A stretch of 59,236 bases of DNA, counting the filler, from Platydemus manokwari (Eukaryota): the NCBI GenBank assembly GCA_037951405.1. It is 5 parts of 5 records of this genome, joined end to end, with 100 filler letters (N's around TTAATTAATTAA, not from the genome) between each part and the next. Parts side by side here need not be neighbours in the genome. Positions count along the whole stretch, not along the records: positions 49,559 to 59,236 come from JBBMOY011219099.1; 4 more parts are not named here. One strand, 5' to 3'. The notes below the pieces were generated by a model. That model had not been told where the DNA came from. It made no database searches and worked only from the letters and a program-made list of their open reading frames with translations. This document shows, piece after piece, positions 54,657-59,236 of the stretch (position 1 is the stretch's first letter; the number at the start of each line of letters is the position of its first letter). The translations under genes were made by a program, and so were the position numbers.

Positions 54657-56898
54657 AGCCATTTTAAAATTTTGAATAAAATAATGAACAGTTTGAATGA
54701 CATCACCAGCATGGAGACTGTTGTAAAATGGATTGGCATGTTTATTAAATCCGATTTCGACTTCTTCTAGAAAATTTTCCAACAAATCCGAACTGACCTA
54801 AACATGAATCGAAATGAAAAATGTTTGTTTGAAAGTGAAATGAAAAGTGGCGTTCACTTTATATTTTCGCAAAATATTGTGATGCAAAAACAAATAAACA
54901 GTCAAATATTTCAGAGTGTGATTATCTGTTAAAGCGTCTAAAGCCATAATATCGAAATCCCATTCATTGATATTATTCTAAAAATAATATCTATAGCAAT
55001 TGGCATTGGCCAATGAATGATTACTTCAATCATTTTCGAAACAGGTGGAGGAATGTTCATGGCAGCATTTTCATTTGATTTCTTAAATATTCTAAAGTTC
55101 ATTTTTATTTTTAGTAATAATGACTTGAAATCGATTTACTTTTCCACCATCAACATAGCTATAATCGCATTGACAACAGCTTTAAATCGTGGTCGTTCAG
55201 ATTTTCTAACGATTTTCCCAACATTTGTAAACGTTGATGATAACCAATCTTTGATTTCCGCTGGCATATCATCTATTTCGACATCGTTTTCATCATCAAC
55301 TAAACTGTAGAAAATGTACAATTGAATAAATGGATAATTACATAAATGTTGATTTTACAATTTTGCATCATTGGCTAATTTATCCATAACATCGGCAGTA
55401 CTAATAAGAATTTCTAACATTTCATTTTTTTCGATACTATTAGATTTTATTAAATTTAACAGGTTGTGCAATCTTTAATAATTATTTCAATCATAGGAAA
55501 AAGTTATCATAAGAATTTTCACTTTGAACAACATTGGAGATATCTTTGAACCTTGGTACTATCTTCATCACTCATTATAAAATAATTTTTTAAACCTTCT
55601 ATTTATAACATAACAAAAAATTTTATATTAAAATTATAATCAAAATTATAATTAAAATTAGTATCATTTTAAACCTGCATTGCTATCTAATTAAAAAAAC
55701 AAAGAACATAATTTAAAAATTAGTTAATCGTGAAAGTTATTTTATCTGTAATTCAGTAAAATTAATTTTGCAAAATTGTTTTAGATTTTAGTTAAAATTT
55801 TATAGGACGCTAATTAAATATTTAACTTCCTTGAGTTTGAAGATTTGTGCCAAAATGATTAAATCATGATAAAAATCCCAGGAATTAGGCTTTAAAAAGA
55901 TATACATATTGACAGATAATACACACCATCTCGGTATCCAATCAAGTGTCTCGAAATCAAAAATTTCTTATTGGCATTAGCTTTCAATTTAGGCAAACAT
56001 CAAAATGTCAGATGGATCAATGACCGTGATGGAATGATATTTTAAAGAATATTCTCCATTTCAATGATTATTATAAAATATTATTATAATTAAAATTATA
56101 AAAATAAAAAATATTTTAAAAAAGCCATACATTTTTACTGAAGCGAGAACAGTATTATCTACCTTGTTAGCTTACTAAAAATGAAGTTGTTTTAATTGGT
56201 ATTTTATATTAATATAATATTATCTCAATTAATGCGAAAATATTGTATCACCGATTCCGTTAGTTACTAAAGTTATTAACAATTTAAAGTTAATTATATT
56301 TTAAATATATAATATAACTAAAAAAGAATTGATTTGCAACTTTTTGTTTTCAAAAATTTTAAATAATTCCTTATTCAAGTTTTGAATCTACATATTAAAT
56401 GTGAATAAATTTTAAAATAAATATTTGAATGACCCGTTTAAGAATCTTAGGATTTGTTTTAAAAATTTTAAAGTTAATTTTATCCTGTTCAATCTTTCGA
56501 TTTTGGAGTGTTGTTTCAATGTCAAACAAATGCATTTTTTTAACTGTATGCATTTAATTACATTTACTTACTGAAAATTAGATAAGAAATGTGTTTCATA
56601 CATTTAAATAAAGAAACGTATTCTCTAAACTGAATAACTATTGATTTTTTTACGCTTTTAAATATTGACTGCTTAACCAAATTTTATTATTTAATTTTAA
56701 AAGTGGTTGGTGTTATAACTAAATAAAATCTTTACTCACCTGTTGTACTGGTTTCTTCTTCTAGTTTATCAATGACTGACTCATTTGTTGGATACGAGGC
56801 TGCCTGTAGAGTGCCTTTAACAACATTAAAAGGTCGTTATTTTAACAGCTTTAAAACTTCTGCTTACCTATTTCTCTTTGCAACGCATATGCTTGCAT
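54657..56898 (-). CDS. PDE1: Ca2+/calmodulin-dependent phosphodiesterase 1-like gene, 5' portion; exons 56868-56898?, 56740-56814, 55675-55686?, 55523-55598, 55359-55472, 55140-55304, 55025-55091, 54858-54977, 54657-54797
   Basis: Spliced translation ..FLVDDENDVEIDDMPAEIKDWLSSTFT..ERPRFKAVVNAIIAMLMVEKIFKK..INEWDFDIMAL..HTLKY..EIGFNKHANPFYNSLHAGDVIQTVHY matches PDE1 (VPSEVRDWLASTFT; KFRSIVHAVQAGIFVERMYR; NPYHNxxHAADVTQTVH). Intron phases are consistent; the first three exons are less certain. Confidence 0.88.
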
Positions 56899-58371
56899 AA
56901 GGCAATCTTCTGTAAATCAAGGATTATTCTCTATGAATTTGAGAAATCTACATTGACAATGTCTGTTAATCCATATTTTTAGTTGTCATTTCATATCTTA
57001 TTGATTCTGCTCGGCATTCTCATTACATTGCTTATGTGACTTATTTAGGTCATGGGTATCATTTCATCTTCCTCTGTTTCTCTATCAGAATATAGCACCA
57101 ATCTGCCCTTCTGAGTTTTTAAATTATTTTATAGTTTTTGCTTTTTGGATCGCTCTAACACATAATTTAATAACTTTCCATAGTGAGTAATTATTTATAT
57201 CTTGAATTGAATCTCGGTTATTTTTCCGAATATTCAACAGATTTCAAATTTGATTAAATTTTTGAAATATGTCAATCCTTTTCAATATGAGTGCATTAAA
57301 AACTTTAAGTAACTATTATAAATTTATTTTGAAAGTTGTGATGTCATATGGAATTGATCCAGTGTTTCCTATATTACTAGACTTCTATTTTTTTATGTTA
57401 TTGTAAAATCTTGTTATTAGTTCATTTATCACCAAAAAGGAAATAATTTATGATTTTAAAAATTTGAAATTAAATCACCATTTGAAAAAAAATTACTAGA
57501 ATTTTGTAAAGTTGATATCAATAAAAATAAATTATTAAATTTATAATAAAATAATATGAACTGAAATATTTATTTTCGTTATTTAATTATTAAAATTATA
57601 GATTACTCTTAAATGAATTGAAACTAGCTTAACGAATAATATATCAAATTGCTTAGAATTTTATGAATAATGATTTGTGTTGTTTATGTCATCATTGCGG
57701 AAACATTATTATCATTATTTGAACTTATTTGTAATTGTACATATTGGATCAATAATTTTTATGTTCAATGCTTCAAATTTTTTCAAGAATTTTCTAACCA
57801 TCTTTTGACTAAATCCAGCAATAGCAAATTTTTTTGTCAAATCATTAATTACATAGATTTTCAGGCGTTTTTAACAAGCTGAATTAATTTACATGCATGC
57901 ACTTGGTGTTGAGATTATAGGATCTATCAAAGGGTTCCATTTTTTAATTTTGGTTTGTTTTGTTATGGGATCAATAGATGAAAAATTATTACAACTTAAA
58001 TGTTTTTCAAATCGATTCCCAATACGTATATTATAAGATTTAGACAAAAACTTAAGTCAGTGATATACAAAAGTAAATTTAAAGTTAAATCAATTTCCAA
58101 AATTTTCTAAATAAATATAAGACAGAAGTTTGCAAGTGTGATTCTTCTCGAATCTAATGAATTGTATAATTTACTAAAAATCCATTGTGTGTTATAATTT
58201 AATCAAATCGTTCAGAACGTATTTAATCACTTGATTAATTTTCAAACAATTACAGTGATAAAATTAATTTTTAAAATTGTTTTTATTGATAAATATTAAA
58301 TGTTGAAAAAATTATGGGCGAATAGAGTAGAAAATTAAAATTAATATTGACATCAAATTGATTTAGACTGC

Positions 58372-58704
58372 ATGTCTGATAAAGCTCAACAAAGTCAAAT
58401 TAATTATCCGCCTTTCCTAGGACAATATTCGAAAATTGGTGAAATGATAAAATTGAATAAACTCAAGACTTGTATCAAACATTATCAACATAATGCTTTT
58501 TGTCGGGAAAGGAATGAAAAAGTTAAGCAATTAAAAAATCAAAAGAATGCTTCCATTGATTTGAAAAAACGAAATAGAAAGCTATCAAGGTCGACTACTG
58601 GGTTTTATAGAACAGATGATGCATTGAACCATGACATATTTAAGTTAACTCATTTTGAAAAGGGATATTGTAGTAGCAGTAGAAAGAGAAAATTATTTTT
58701 ATAA
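58372..58704 (+). CDS. Hypothetical basic 110-aa protein
   Basis: ATG-initiated ORF that is long for this AT content, with soluble-protein composition; no recognised motif. Confidence 0.4.
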   Translation: MSDKAQQSQINYPPFLGQYSKIGEMIKLNKLKTCIKHYQHNAFCRERNEKVKQLKNQKNASIDLKKRNRKLSRSTTGFYRTDDALNHDIFKLTHFEKGYCSSSRKRKLFL

Positions 58705-58888
58705 CGTTTATTTTTGATGTTTTACTTCATCTTCAAATGTAATTTGAATTCAAATATTCAATCAGTAGAGGTTGGAAAATACAGTTAACATTGGTTTTTA
58801 AATTTAATTCATTATTATTATTAAGATTATTTAATGATGGTTGTTTAAATCTGTGATTAATATTCTGTATTATCGCTATATTTTCAAT

Positions 58889-59086
58889 ATGGATGACATT
58901 ACACCACCTTCTTCACTAGAGCAAACTGAAGAATCGGACGTAAGTTCCGAATATGATAGTTTATTTCCAAATGTAACAGAACGAATAGAAGAAGAAGAAA
59001 AATATCAAGATGAAATATCAGGATCCAGAAAGGAAGAAAAACCTTATCTTGATATAGAGGAATTTACGGATGATAGTGATAGCTAA
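58889..59086 (+). CDS. Hypothetical highly acidic 65-aa protein or exon
   Basis: MDDITPPSSLEQTEESDVSSEY..DDSDS*; strongly D/E/S-biased, unlike the flanking non-coding DNA. Confidence 0.35.
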   Translation: MDDITPPSSLEQTEESDVSSEYDSLFPNVTERIEEEEKYQDEISGSRKEEKPYLDIEEFTDDSDS

Positions 59087-59236
59087 TTTATTTTTAATTT
59101 AATTTTTAATAATTCTTTCATTTTAAAATAAGAATTCAAATATTTTCTTGTATGAAAACGCAAACTAATATGTTTTTATATTTTGATTTTCATTGTAGAA
59201 TTGATACAAAATTTAATTTGTTTTTGTTAACCCCTC

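Noticed and set aside
55017-55310. Plus-strand 97-aa ORF
   Set aside because: Antisense to PDE1 exons.
56163-56174. Another AG-12nt-GT candidate microexon in PDE1
   Set aside because: Would introduce an in-frame TAA.

Overview
This is very AT-rich, repeat-dense eukaryotic (animal) genomic DNA with short GT-AG introns of mostly 44-76 nt. That pattern is compatible with a triclad flatworm or similar invertebrate, but the taxon is inferred, not verified. Five contigs are joined by four artificial 100-nt N44-TTAATTAATTAA-N44 linkers. Most of the window is decayed mobile DNA: Polinton/Maverick pieces, mariner/Tc1, hAT and Merlin/MULE-like MITEs, solo LTRs, and a Ulp1-bearing NeSL/R2-group non-LTR element. 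The host genes are spliced, so the ORF track misses or fragments them. They are the 5' half of a PDE1-like phosphodiesterase (minus strand, catalytic His apparently replaced by Tyr) and a tandem pair of intact 3-exon genes for 93- and 95-aa secreted 4-Cys proteins with hypervariable loops (41.4 and 43.8 kb). The same contig carries two divergent but colinear relics (38.7-40.2 kb minus, 45.4-49.2 kb plus). In both, an unknown N-terminal protein appears fused, as one polyprotein, to a chuvirus-like glycoprotein, with no polymerase visible. All homology calls come from manual translation and motif recognition; no searches were run.
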